From a virus: a DNA stretch of 54,788 bases. The notes beneath the pieces were generated by a model that worked only from the letters and a program-made list of their open reading frames with translations, searched no databases and was not told the origin of the DNA. The translations under genes and the position numbers were made by a program. Location of the stretch: positions 1 through 54,788 of IMG/VR virus record IMGVR_UViG_3300045988_124937; one strand, written 5' to 3'. Of this stretch, positions 8,958 to 17,492 are shown piece by piece (within the stretch, counting starts at the first letter, position 1; every line of letters begins with the position of its first letter).

Positions 8958-10342
8958 TGCGAATTATCGACATGCAGACCGGGCGTGAGGTCACGCTCAA
9001 GCTCTGGGACGGCACAAAGTGGGCAGCAGCGCGTGGACTTGAGGCTGTCGTGCCTCAACGCCGACAGCGCGTCGTGCGCCCCCCGGAAGGACCAGTGAAG
9101 AACGTTATCGGTGGCGGATCGTTCATGAACTCGCCCGCGAATAACGCGCGGGAAACCGGCTCACTGGTGGCGGCGCGACTGCCTGTCGTGGTGGACGTCG
9201 AAAACCCCGTCGCTGAGTTTGACGTGCAGATGAACGACACGGTGGCGCGTGTCGTAGAGATCCGAGTGGCCGTGGCTGTCGGTGACGACGAGCCGGTGCC
9301 GGTGACCTTCGATGGCGGCAAGCTGTCGGCACGTGTGGAGCGCCCCGCCTCTGGACATGGCATCGTCCATGTCAGGACAGACCCGCTACCCGTCACGGCT
9401 AACCGCGGCGAGGTCATCACCTGGTATGGTTTCACCAGCGCGCCGGAGGGCGGCCGCCCTATGGGTGATTCCGTGGGCTACCTGCCCGGTGTGGATGCGT
9501 GGGCCGCCTTTGGCGACACGTTCGAGACTGCCTGGAATAGTGTCCGCATAACTGGCGAAGCGACCATCCTCCCGGGCGCTCGCCCGGCTCGAATCGTGGC
9601 GCCCTCCGACCAGCCTGCGTGGGTACTGACTGGCGACTCGATTATGCATTTCAGCCGCCCCCACGTGCAGCGGTGGGCTATCGCCGCCGGTGTCGCCTGG
9701 GCTAAAAATGCGACAGGTGGACGAAGCTACACTCACGCGACGCAAGATTACGCCGCTCTGTATCATCCTAGCGTCCAGAGCGCAACTATGTGCTTTGACG
9801 CACTGGGCATCAATGGTGCAAATTTCGTGTTGGGCTTGGATCATTGGCGCAAGCTGCGCGCTGACGGCATCCAGGGTATCGTGAAGTCCACGCTCACGCC
9901 GCAGACTACGAGCCGCGACGGTTGGCGCACCGTCGAGGGGCAGACTGCAAACTCCGATGTAGAGGGCTTCCTGAAATGGGACGCCTGGTTACTCGACGGG
10001 GCACCTATGAGGCGCGACTGGTCGGCAGTGGTCGAAACAGGCGCTACAGGCGATGACATCGTGCGCTGTGCCGTGGTGGACGGCGACGGTAAGCTAATCC
10101 GCAAGGGCGACAAGGCGCACGTGTTCGGTAGCGGCGGCGTCGTGGACTGGAACCCGTGCGTGTCACAGGCTGGCGCTGTCGAGGGCGGCTCACGTCGAAT
10201 CTGGCGCATGGACATCGGCCTGCGGCCCGCCGATTACGGGGACGGCCTGCACCCCGGCGATGGAGTCCACGAGGTCATGGCTGGTTACCTCAAGAAGGCT
10301 ATGCCGGTAGTACTCGATAAGGCAGCCCGCATGGAGGTGTAA
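8957..10342 (+). CDS. Tail protein with SGNH/GDSL-type hydrolase (esterase/deacetylase-like) domain
   Basis: Block I VLTGDSIMHFS, block III-like DALGINGAN, block V GDGLHPGDGVH (DxxH). TAATG overlap with the upstream gene. Confidence 0.65.
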   Translation: MRIIDMQTGREVTLKLWDGTKWAAARGLEAVVPQRRQRVVRPPEGPVKNVIGGGSFMNSPANNARETGSLVAARLPVVVDVENPVAEFDVQMNDTVARVVEIRVAVAVGDDEPVPVTFDGGKLSARVERPASGHGIVHVRTDPLPVTANRGEVITWYGFTSAPEGGRPMGDSVGYLPGVDAWAAFGDTFETAWNSVRITGEATILPGARPARIVAPSDQPAWVLTGDSIMHFSRPHVQRWAIAAGVAWAKNATGGRSYTHATQDYAALYHPSVQSATMCFDALGINGANFVLGLDHWRKLRADGIQGIVKSTLTPQTTSRDGWRTVEGQTANSDVEGFLKWDAWLLDGAPMRRDWSAVVETGATGDDIVRCAVVDGDGKLIRKGDKAHVFGSGGVVDWNPCVSQAGAVEGGSRRIWRMDIGLRPADYGDGLHPGDGVHEVMAGYLKKAMPVVLDKAARMEV

Positions 10343-10795
10343 ATGAAGTCCGACATATTTCCGGCGGAGGTGTGGGCGCTCGGGGGTGTAATCCTCGGTA
10401 CCCTAATCCCCGCGTTCTTCGCGTTCATCACGGGTCGGCAGCAGGCCAAGCATGAGTCGAATAAGGTGCTTATTGAGGCTCTGGAGCGCCGTATTGGTGA
10501 CCTGGAGAAGCACCTGCGCGAGGAGACGGACGCTCGGCGTTCGCTAGAGTCCGAGGTTCGCACCCGCGAAGCCGAGGCGCACTCGACGGCGGACAAGGCG
10601 CGTTGGGTGATGAGCATCGCGATCTCGCACATCAACCGGCTCGATGCCCATATCGCCGCCGGTTCCCCGCCCCCGCCGCCGCCTCTGCCTGGTGAGGTGG
10701 AGGAATGGGTGAGCCGTGAGCTGTGGACTACGAGTTTTCAGCCCGGACACCCTGCTTTAGATAAGACCAAGAAGAAGAAGAAGGAGGAAGAGTAA
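10343..10795 (+). CDS. Membrane protein (N-terminal TM plus coiled coil plus KKKKKEEE tail); possible lysis accessory/holin-like
   Basis: TM segment VWALGGVILGTLIPAFFAFITG. Lies immediately upstream of the endolysin. Function is not established. Confidence 0.6.
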   Translation: MKSDIFPAEVWALGGVILGTLIPAFFAFITGRQQAKHESNKVLIEALERRIGDLEKHLREETDARRSLESEVRTREAEAHSTADKARWVMSIAISHINRLDAHIAAGSPPPPPPLPGEVEEWVSRELWTTSFQPGHPALDKTKKKKKEEE

Positions 10796-11685
10796 TGCTT
10801 CTGTTGGAGAAGGATAGCCCGCTGGCGGACAGCATCGCTGTATCGCCTAACTTTAGCAACTCAGGCAGTTACGACCGCAAGTCGAAGTGGGTCGTACTGC
10901 ATACTATGGAGACTGGAGAGAACAGCTCCATCGCGGAGAACATCGGCGCTGGCTGGTTCACCAACCCGAACGCGCAGGCAAGCGCCCACTATTGCGTGGA
11001 CGACAACTCCATCGTTCAGTGTGTGAATGAGGGTGACTATGCGTGGGCCAGCGGCCCGACTGGTAACCTGAACGGCATCCAGATTGAAATGGCGGGCCGC
11101 GCCGCGCAGTCCCGCGCCGACTGGCTGGACGACTACTCCCGCGCTATGCTGGAGCGAACCGCTGCCCTGACTGCCGACATCTGCAAGCGTCACGACATCC
11201 CCGTGCGTGTGCTGACCGACGAGCAGGTTGCCCGGGGCGAAGCGGGCATCACCACCCACGCGGCCTTGGCGCGGGTCTTCCGCGAGACTGACCACAGCGA
11301 CCCTGGCCCCGACTTCCCTTGGGACTTCTTCATGGAGCGAGTGCAGGCGCACGCAGGCGGCACTGGCGGTTCGGTCAATGAGCCCGCTCCGGCTCCCCGT
11401 GCGGCGTCCGTGGCTCAGGCTACCCCTGCAGCGCCTCGCCGTGTAGCAATGTCTGGCGTGTTCTACCCGGACCGCACCCTGGAGGTATCGCGCGATACCG
11501 ACCCGTACAGCCCCTCGGTGGCCTTGTACCGCCCCGGCTCAGCTATCCGCTATGACAGCTACGTGCTGGCGAACGGCTACGCTTGGATCAGCTACGTATC
11601 CTACAGCGGCCAGCGCCGCTACATTGCGGTTGGCCCTGATGACGGACAGACCGGCACCACGTGGGGTCGGGGCTTCTTCAACTAG
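10795..11685 (+). CDS. Endolysin: N-acetylmuramoyl-L-alanine amidase (Amidase_2/PGRP) with C-terminal SH3b-like wall-binding domain
   Basis: Motifs VVLHTMETGE, SAHYCVDD, YAWASGPTGNLNGIQIEMAG, THAAL..ETDHSDPGPDFPW. C-terminal YDSYVLANGYAWISYVSYSGQRRYIAVG. Confidence 0.85.
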   Translation: MLLLEKDSPLADSIAVSPNFSNSGSYDRKSKWVVLHTMETGENSSIAENIGAGWFTNPNAQASAHYCVDDNSIVQCVNEGDYAWASGPTGNLNGIQIEMAGRAAQSRADWLDDYSRAMLERTAALTADICKRHDIPVRVLTDEQVARGEAGITTHAALARVFRETDHSDPGPDFPWDFFMERVQAHAGGTGGSVNEPAPAPRAASVAQATPAAPRRVAMSGVFYPDRTLEVSRDTDPYSPSVALYRPGSAIRYDSYVLANGYAWISYVSYSGQRRYIAVGPDDGQTGTTWGRGFFN

Positions 11686-11695
11686 GAAGGAAACG

Positions 11696-12037
11696 ATGAA
11701 CAAGAACTACGATGTGAACGCAGGCAAGCGCCTAGCCAGCTATGGCGTGATTACTGCGATCTCCGCTCTGGCGGTAGCCTACGGCATCATCACCCCCGAT
11801 AAGGCGGACCTGTGGGTAGCGCTTCTCGTGGTGCTGCTGCCGAACATCGGCGGTATGATTATGGCTATCCGCAACGTCAAGACTGCGACGGAGGAGCCGA
11901 ACCTCGACAAGGTGGCGGCAGCTGTCGTCGCCGCACTGATGGAGGCACCAGCCCCGGCTAACCCGCTTGCGGAGTCGGACCACGGCACCGAGGTTCAGGG
12001 CATCCTGAGCGAAGCGAAGGAGTCCACCGAGCAGTAG
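11696..12037 (+). CDS. Holin-like protein (two TM helices)
   Basis: Start at ggaaggaaacgATG. TM1 LASYGVITAISALAVAYGII, TM2 LWVALLVVLLPNIGGMIMAI, charged C-terminus. Adjacent to the endolysin. Confidence 0.65.
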   Translation: MNKNYDVNAGKRLASYGVITAISALAVAYGIITPDKADLWVALLVVLLPNIGGMIMAIRNVKTATEEPNLDKVAAAVVAALMEAPAPANPLAESDHGTEVQGILSEAKESTEQ

Positions 12038-12039
12038 CA

Positions 12040-12053
12040 ACTCTGCTATACTA
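12040..12053 (+). promoter_or_regulatory. Copy 1 of 14-nt direct repeat ACTCTGCTATACTA containing extended -10 TGcTATACT
   Basis: Same TATACT hexamer as early promoters P1/P2, preceded by TGC. No recognisable -35. Confidence 0.35.
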
Positions 12054-12140
12054 AGTGCATAAGGGCGAAAGCCCCTCCTGCGCAGGAGCGATCGAAGATA
12101 CTTCATCGAAGTAATCAACGGTCATCATACCGGTATAGCC

Positions 12141-12154
12141 ACTCTGCTATACTA
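12141..12154 (+). promoter_or_regulatory. Copy 2 of ACTCTGCTATACTA (extended -10-like), 101 nt after copy 1
   Basis: Exact 14-nt repeat, 37 nt upstream of the terminator hairpin at 12191. Confidence 0.35.
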
Positions 12155-12190
12155 TTTCGGAAGGCTCCTCACAGCCTTTCATGTAGAGGA

Positions 12191-12223
12191 AACCCCCACA
12201 CCCGAGCTGTCGGTGTGGGGGTT
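12191..12223. terminator. Bidirectional intrinsic terminator at the convergence of the late (+) and early/middle (-) arms
   Basis: aaCCCCCACACC cgagctgtc GGTGTGGGGGtttttg. 10-12-bp GC stem. T5 tail on plus, tttcctc on minus. Confidence 0.8.
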
Positions 12224-12227
12224 TTTG

Positions 12228-12902
12228 CTATGCGCCTCGGAGGGCGGCTTGGTATTCGCTGATCGCGTGGCTCGGCTCAGCGTCGTAGCCGGCAAGCCAC
12301 TTCGCCGCCGTCATGACGGCTCGCATCTGCGCCTTGCGCAGGACGTAGAGATTTTCATCCGCAAGGTACTTCTCCCACTCGCGGTCCATCTCCACGATGA
12401 GTCCCGCAACGCCAGGGGTCGGTCGCTCGCGGGTCCACATCGCGTACTGTAGGTGGAGCTGTAGACACTTGCGCGCTTTATCCAAGTCCTCCACTCCGTT
12501 CTTGCTCGGCGCGCGCCACAAATACTTGAGCGCCGCTCCCGCAAAGTACGGCATCTTGTTAATGTGTTTCTCCAAATCCACAAAGAAGATAGGGTCGTAG
12601 TGATGCGGATTGACCGGGTCAATAGCCAAGTCAGCGCGTGGTGCTTCGGCTTCCATGTTCAGGATTCCTTTCTCGATAATGCTCTTGGATACGTCCCCGG
12701 TCAGCTCCAGCTGCTCCGAGTAGTTGTACCCGTAATCCCATGTTAGTGCCTCGATGAGGTCTAGCGTTGCCTTATACGCACGGTGGATGCAGGTTTCGCA
12801 CCGGGGATTGATTGTCTCCCACGGTACGCGGCACGAGACGCACCGGGCGGGTCGCGGGATGGGTGGCGGTGTTCGCGGGGCTGGAACAGAGACGTGACGC
12901 AT
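12228..12902 (-). CDS. DUF3310-like protein with N-terminal CxxC...CxxC
   Basis: MPYFAGAALKYLWRAPSKNGVEDLDKARKCLQL matches the DUF3310 hallmark (YLWR...K.G.EDL.KA). ATG 12902 lies 5 nt after GAAAGGAG; the ORF extends to GTG 12908. Confidence 0.7.
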   Translation of the reverse strand: MRHVSVPAPRTPPPIPRPARCVSCRVPWETINPRCETCIHRAYKATLDLIEALTWDYGYNYSEQLELTGDVSKSIIEKGILNMEAEAPRADLAIDPVNPHHYDPIFFVDLEKHINKMPYFAGAALKYLWRAPSKNGVEDLDKARKCLQLHLQYAMWTRERPTPGVAGLIVEMDREWEKYLADENLYVLRKAQMRAVMTAAKWLAGYDAEPSHAISEYQAALRGA

Positions 12903-12904
12903 CA

Positions 12905-14944
12905 TCACTCCTTTCGATAACGAGCGCAGTAGTAGCCTTCTGCGGCGAGCGGCAGACCCTCAGCCCAGAGCGGCGCGAGCGGGTTGCCCACTCCTGCGCC
13001 CATCAGCTCCTTCATTCGCTCCACGGTTACCCCGCCTTCGGCAATGACCTCATCGTGAACGTGCGCGACGACCGGCACGCCCTCTCGGTCAAGGTTTACC
13101 AGAGCATGAGCCAGAACGTCGCGGGCTACAGCCTGCGTCACGTTCTCAGTCAGTCGCCCTCCGTAGGTGGGGATGACGGCTCGGTGGCTCTTGGGGTCGA
13201 GGAAGTGCAGAGCTTCCACTTCCTTATCGAACTTGGAGACGGTGCGGAAGTGAAGCTTATGGTAGAACAGCTCGCGGCCACTGGGCAGCTTGATTGTGAC
13301 CAGACCGTTAGCCTTCGGGTGTACGGTGATGTACTCTCCGACGCGCCCGGAGCGGTTGCGCATCGCGCGGTCCATGTCAGCCCAGAACTTTGTGATGCGC
13401 GGGTTAGCCGCCCGGTACGTCTGCTTGATCTCTTCAAGCTCCGCGTCGGTACCCTCAGCACCCATCGCCTTGAGCGCATTGATGCCGCCACCGTAGCCCA
13501 GGGCGAGGACTGCAACCTTACCCTTCTTGCGCAGGGGCTTCGCTTCCTCGTAGGGCACGTGGAACATTCGAGCGGCAGTCTCGATGTAGATGTCGCGACC
13601 AGCCCGGAACGCTTCGAGCACCCACTCCTCACCGGCGAGCCACGCCAGCACGCGCGCCTCAATCGCGCTGTAGTCGCAGACGGTGAGGGTCTGCCCTGCA
13701 GGTGCCATGAGCGCTCCACGGATGAGCGGCTTGAGCTCCGAGATGCTGAAATTCTCGGCAGGCTCGTTCATCACGCGATCCACGAACGCCTGTGTCTTCT
13801 CGTCGTCGCCCGCAGTGACGCTCGGGAGGTTCTGCAACTGAACACCACGCCCAGCCCAGCGCCCGGTGTGGGCGCCGAAGTACTGTAGGGTGCCGCGAAC
13901 GCGATTACCAACGCCAAGGCGGTTCATCATTGCCTTGAACTTGGCGACGCTTGCTGCATTGGATGCCGCGCGCTCTTCGAGGAGGGAACGCACGTCTCGG
14001 GGCAAGTCAGTTCGGGACAGCAGGTAAGCCACGGACGCTTTGTTCATGCTATAGAGTGGTTCGCCCGTGTCCTTGAACAGGGGCTTGGGCGGCGGGGGTT
14101 GAATATTGTGTTGTTCGTACCATCGGGCGTCCGCCTCGGGTAGTATCGGGGGGTCCTTGGGCATCTCCATCACGCCCGCCTCAACCAGGCGGCGGTCCAC
14201 CCAGGACAGGACCTGGGTTACGGAGTTGGGATTGGCGAGCCCGGAGATCTCGCCCATGCGCTGCAGGTGCAAGTTCTTAACCGCGGCGGCGATGTCCATA
14301 CACCGAACCGCCAGCTCCGCATCTACGAGGATGCCCCGGTCGTTGATGCGCTGGTCGGCGTTCCACACCTCGCGCTCGCCCTTGGGGAAGCCACCGTAGC
14401 GGGTGGTCAGCTCCGTGTAGACCTCGACCATCGTATCGACGTCCTGAATGGCGTAGCGGCAGAACGCTGCCCACTCTTCGGGGCGCTCCTCGGGGGTCAT
14501 TGCGCGCCCGGTCTTCTTGCTCGGCACGCAGAACATCGCGATCAGAGCGGTACCGGCAGAGTCCTTCTCCTCCACATGCAGAGCGCGGGACAGGTCAGCC
14601 AGGCTGCCTGGGAAGCCCAGAGAGCGACCCATCGCCATAGTGTCGATGAAGCGCTCCGGGGGGATGAAGGTACCCGGCGCGTAGTTGAAGATGCGCGAGA
14701 GCACCAGGCGCTCGAAGTTAGCGTTGTGCGCTACGAAGGTGACGTGTTCACGCTCGTTCAGCCCACGGAGAGCCCACTTGATCTCGGCCTCGCCCTGAGC
14801 GATCTTCGTCTCCCCATCCACGCCATAGCGGTAGGTCATGATGAGGGGCGCGAAGTCGGGCGAGGCCATGTACGGGTACGCTCCGCAGTCGCGCAGGTTC
14901 ACCGAAGAGTACGTTTCAAAGTCGATGAACATCAGTGTTTCCAT
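12905..14944 (-). CDS. DNA polymerase I-type (family A) with 3'-5' exonuclease domain
   Basis: Exo I FIDFETYS. Motif A DYSAIEARVLAWL. Motif B RKKGKVAVLALGYGGG. Motif C VAHVHDEVI. Confidence 0.9.
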   Translation of the reverse strand: METLMFIDFETYSSVNLRDCGAYPYMASPDFAPLIMTYRYGVDGETKIAQGEAEIKWALRGLNEREHVTFVAHNANFERLVLSRIFNYAPGTFIPPERFIDTMAMGRSLGFPGSLADLSRALHVEEKDSAGTALIAMFCVPSKKTGRAMTPEERPEEWAAFCRYAIQDVDTMVEVYTELTTRYGGFPKGEREVWNADQRINDRGILVDAELAVRCMDIAAAVKNLHLQRMGEISGLANPNSVTQVLSWVDRRLVEAGVMEMPKDPPILPEADARWYEQHNIQPPPPKPLFKDTGEPLYSMNKASVAYLLSRTDLPRDVRSLLEERAASNAASVAKFKAMMNRLGVGNRVRGTLQYFGAHTGRWAGRGVQLQNLPSVTAGDDEKTQAFVDRVMNEPAENFSISELKPLIRGALMAPAGQTLTVCDYSAIEARVLAWLAGEEWVLEAFRAGRDIYIETAARMFHVPYEEAKPLRKKGKVAVLALGYGGGINALKAMGAEGTDAELEEIKQTYRAANPRITKFWADMDRAMRNRSGRVGEYITVHPKANGLVTIKLPSGRELFYHKLHFRTVSKFDKEVEALHFLDPKSHRAVIPTYGGRLTENVTQAVARDVLAHALVNLDREGVPVVAHVHDEVIAEGGVTVERMKELMGAGVGNPLAPLWAEGLPLAAEGYYCARYRKE

Positions 14945-14961
14945 AGGAGTCTCCTAGAGGA

Positions 14962-14998
14962 AACCCCCGGCACGTGGGTAGAATCCGTGCCGGGGGTT
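14962..14998 (-). other. 13-bp hairpin AACCCCCGGCACG / CGTGCCGGGGGTT (11-nt loop); possible attenuator and bulge-less relative of the tRNA-mimic minihelices
   Basis: Perfect inverted repeat between the 15018 and 14944 genes. Shares CCCCGGCAC...AGAATC...CGTGCC with module D (39040-39084). Minus-strand tail is UUUCCUCU. Confidence 0.55.
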
Positions 14999-15017
14999 CG
15001 TGTGGAATAGTTACAGT

Positions 15018-15806
15018 CTACAGCACGTCGTCAATCGACTCAGCAGTGGGTGCCGCGAACTCCGATGCGCCCTCGTCTGCTACCTCTGCCATGTAGTCGC
15101 CCATACCCTCGTAGGCCGCGCCTGCGTCACGGGTACCGTCCAGGCGCTCGCCGTCCTGAGTCTTGAGGATCGAGTTCAGGAAGAAGGTCAGACCAGTGCT
15201 TCCCGCGAACTTGTAGACGAAGGGGACCAGCTCTACGAAGCCGTAGTCACCGGAGTGAATCTCTTCGACATCCACACTGACCGGACCCTGCTTATTAGTA
15301 GACGGGTTGATACCCCACTTGAAGGTGGGGACCGGGCCACGCTTGGCACCCGGAGAGATGTTGAAGTTGTAGGTGTTCACCAAGTGTGCCGGGGTGGGCT
15401 CATCGCCCTGTACGTCGCTGTCGCGGATGGTGGTCTTGAGGCTGCCGTTGGAAGCGATGTTCAGTGCGCCCTTGTCGTACCAGTGCTTGCGCAGAAGTTC
15501 GGCCTGCGCCTTAGTGATGCGCTTCGCTTCGACCGCCTCAGTGATCGCGACCTCGACCTTCTCGCCCAGTGCCTCCATCAGCAGCTTGTCGGTGCCGACC
15601 TGCTTATCTTCCTTGCCGATAATCAGGTTGATACCGTACTTCAAGTCAGCAATTTCCTTGCTGTCCTTGCCCTGCTCCGCGATGATGCGGTCTACGGTTG
15701 CCTGCGGGACGTACTCGCGCGAGCCGTCGGGAGCCACGCGGGACGGGTCCTTGAGCTTGACGTAGGAAAAACGGACGCGGCCAAGGGTAATTGCGTTGGT
15801 AGCCAT
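15018..15806 (-). CDS. DUF2815-like ssDNA-binding protein
   Basis: N-terminus TLGRVRFSYVKLKDP matches the DUF2815 signature (G.VR.SY....EP). Conserved partner of DUF2800 plus Pol A modules. Confidence 0.65.
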   Translation of the reverse strand: MATNAITLGRVRFSYVKLKDPSRVAPDGSREYVPQATVDRIIAEQGKDSKEIADLKYGINLIIGKEDKQVGTDKLLMEALGEKVEVAITEAVEAKRITKAQAELLRKHWYDKGALNIASNGSLKTTIRDSDVQGDEPTPAHLVNTYNFNISPGAKRGPVPTFKWGINPSTNKQGPVSVDVEEIHSGDYGFVELVPFVYKFAGSTGLTFFLNSILKTQDGERLDGTRDAGAAYEGMGDYMAEVADEGASEFAAPTAESIDDVL

Positions 15807-15829
15807 TTGGATTGGTTTCCTTTCAGTGG

Positions 15830-16276
15830 TTAGATATTGAGGTTTTCGTAGGCCGAGGCAGCAGCTTCGGCCTTGATTTCTGCCGGGCGCTTATCGCTCT
15901 CCGGGGCGAGAGCAAGCTTCCCGGTGGTCTTGGTGACGAACTCGCTTGCGGGAGTGTCCTCCAGCTTGGAGCCGAGCTTCTTCTCAAGGTTGGTGATGGT
16001 TTCCAGCTTCACGATCTTCTGGCTCAACCCGTCGGTGCTCAGGCCGCCCTCTTCAAGGGCGCGGAGGAAGCCTTCGGGGTCCTTGATGGTGCGTCGAGAA
16101 GCATTGCGCACGACCTTGACTCCGGGGAATTGCACCCCGTGATCGTAGGCTTGGGTGAGCACGTGTGCTTCTACATCGGTGAGCCACTTTTTGATAGCCG
16201 AAGCGTTCAGTACGACCTTGGCGAGCTGATCGACGGTCAGTTCGCCGGGGGGTGTGAGGACCGGGGCGTTAGTCAT
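15830..16276 (-). CDS. Hypothetical protein (replication module)
   Basis: 148-aa ORF overlapping the upstream stop. Packed between the nuclease and the SSB-like gene. Confidence 0.75.
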   Translation of the reverse strand: MTNAPVLTPPGELTVDQLAKVVLNASAIKKWLTDVEAHVLTQAYDHGVQFPGVKVVRNASRRTIKDPEGFLRALEEGGLSTDGLSQKIVKLETITNLEKKLGSKLEDTPASEFVTKTTGKLALAPESDKRPAEIKAEAAASAYENLNI

Positions 16277-17048
16277 CGGTCAGCATCCCTTCTTGTAGGA
16301 GGAATCCCCACATGGCGTTTGCTCGGGCCGAGCAGATTGCCTTGGCGGGGCACCATTGGCAAATCTTATCGCTCGGACAGAACGAGCCGGTGGAGGAGTT
16401 GATTTCGTCAATCGCTGGTAGCACTTTCGTGTCTACCCAGCTTCGCAGCTCATCAGCGGTGACTACATACTCGCTGTGACTGCGCAGACGCGGCTGGAAG
16501 ATGTGAAGCTCGACGGTCTGGATGTCGTACACCAGCTCCCAGATGCGCAGGGCACCGGCTCCGTACAGGAGCAACTGCGAGTTCTCGACTGCGCTGACCG
16601 GCAAGCCTACGCCGTACTTGTAATCCACGACGTACATCGTATCGCCGCTAATGACGATAGCATCGGCGGTACCGAAGCACTGCTCCGAAACCCACACACG
16701 CTGCTCGATGAGAACTAAGGCGGTGGGGTCGTCCCGGAGAATGTCGAGGATGAACTCGACCTGCCCGGAGGCGAACTGCTCCATTTCGGAAATCGCGGGG
16801 CGACCCAGTAACTTCTCGGCTTCTTCCGCGAGTCGCTTGCGCTCTGCCTTGAACTCCGCGGCAGAGACTTTGCCGAGCGCCTGGTTCATCAGGTTCTCCA
16901 GCACAGCGTGGGCTAGAGTTCCCTCCTCAGCCGCCAGGCCCGCTGTCTGCTCGGGTACCTTAGCCGACTCGATGAGGTCGAAGGACTTCGTGCAGTTGAG
17001 CCAGCGGTGGCTGGAGGAGGGGGACAGCTTGGCGTGTACGTCAGGCAT
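16269..17048 (-). CDS. PD-(D/E)XK Cas4-like exonuclease (DUF2800-like) with C-terminal Cys cluster
   Basis: LSPSSSHRWLNC at the N-terminus. DYKYG core. C-terminal CPSDKICQWCPAKAIC. Confidence 0.7.
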   Translation of the reverse strand: MPDVHAKLSPSSSHRWLNCTKSFDLIESAKVPEQTAGLAAEEGTLAHAVLENLMNQALGKVSAAEFKAERKRLAEEAEKLLGRPAISEMEQFASGQVEFILDILRDDPTALVLIEQRVWVSEQCFGTADAIVISGDTMYVVDYKYGVGLPVSAVENSQLLLYGAGALRIWELVYDIQTVELHIFQPRLRSHSEYVVTADELRSWVDTKVLPAIDEINSSTGSFCPSDKICQWCPAKAICSARANAMWGFLLQEGMLTDD

Positions 17049-17388
17049 CCGCGCTGTTCTTTCGGTTCGCGATCTCGCGCTCCAGCTTGCTCAGGATGTC
17101 GGCGCGGTCTGCTACCGGAACCTCCGAGACTCGGGAGAAGCCACGGGTGGAGAGCACGGTCTGCACAAGCGATTTTGCCTGCTCCCCGGCGAGCTCCTGC
17201 AGCTCTAGGACGGCTGCCCGCATCTGCTCGAAGGTGACTTCTCGGGTGGGGGTGCCACCACTTTCAAGCGCTTCGACGCGCTTCGTCAAATCCTCCAAGG
17301 AGGCGGCAATGGTCTGCAGCTCCTTGATGATGATGGTGGCCGCGTCCGTCATGGCGGCGGCGCTTGCCTCAGAGTTGAGGGGGGTCAT
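17041..17388 (-). CDS. Hypothetical protein
   Basis: 115-aa helical ORF with RBS gaaaggaaaagtgaatcATG. Confidence 0.7.
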   Translation of the reverse strand: MTPLNSEASAAAMTDAATIIIKELQTIAASLEDLTKRVEALESGGTPTREVTFEQMRAAVLELQELAGEQAKSLVQTVLSTRGFSRVSEVPVADRADILSKLEREIANRKNSADA

Positions 17389-17492
17389 GATTCACTTTTC
17401 CTTTCATGTAGAGCCCGCTTGAGGCGGGGTGATTCCAGTATTGCACCGGAGCCGCCACCGTTTCAAGCGGGCGTTGGTGAGATAGCCCACGC

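Noticed and set aside
12812-15010. Plus-strand ORFs 12812..13888 and 14267..15010
   Set aside because: They are antisense to the DNA polymerase gene, which has clear exo and Pol A motifs. These are GC-rich open-frame artefacts.
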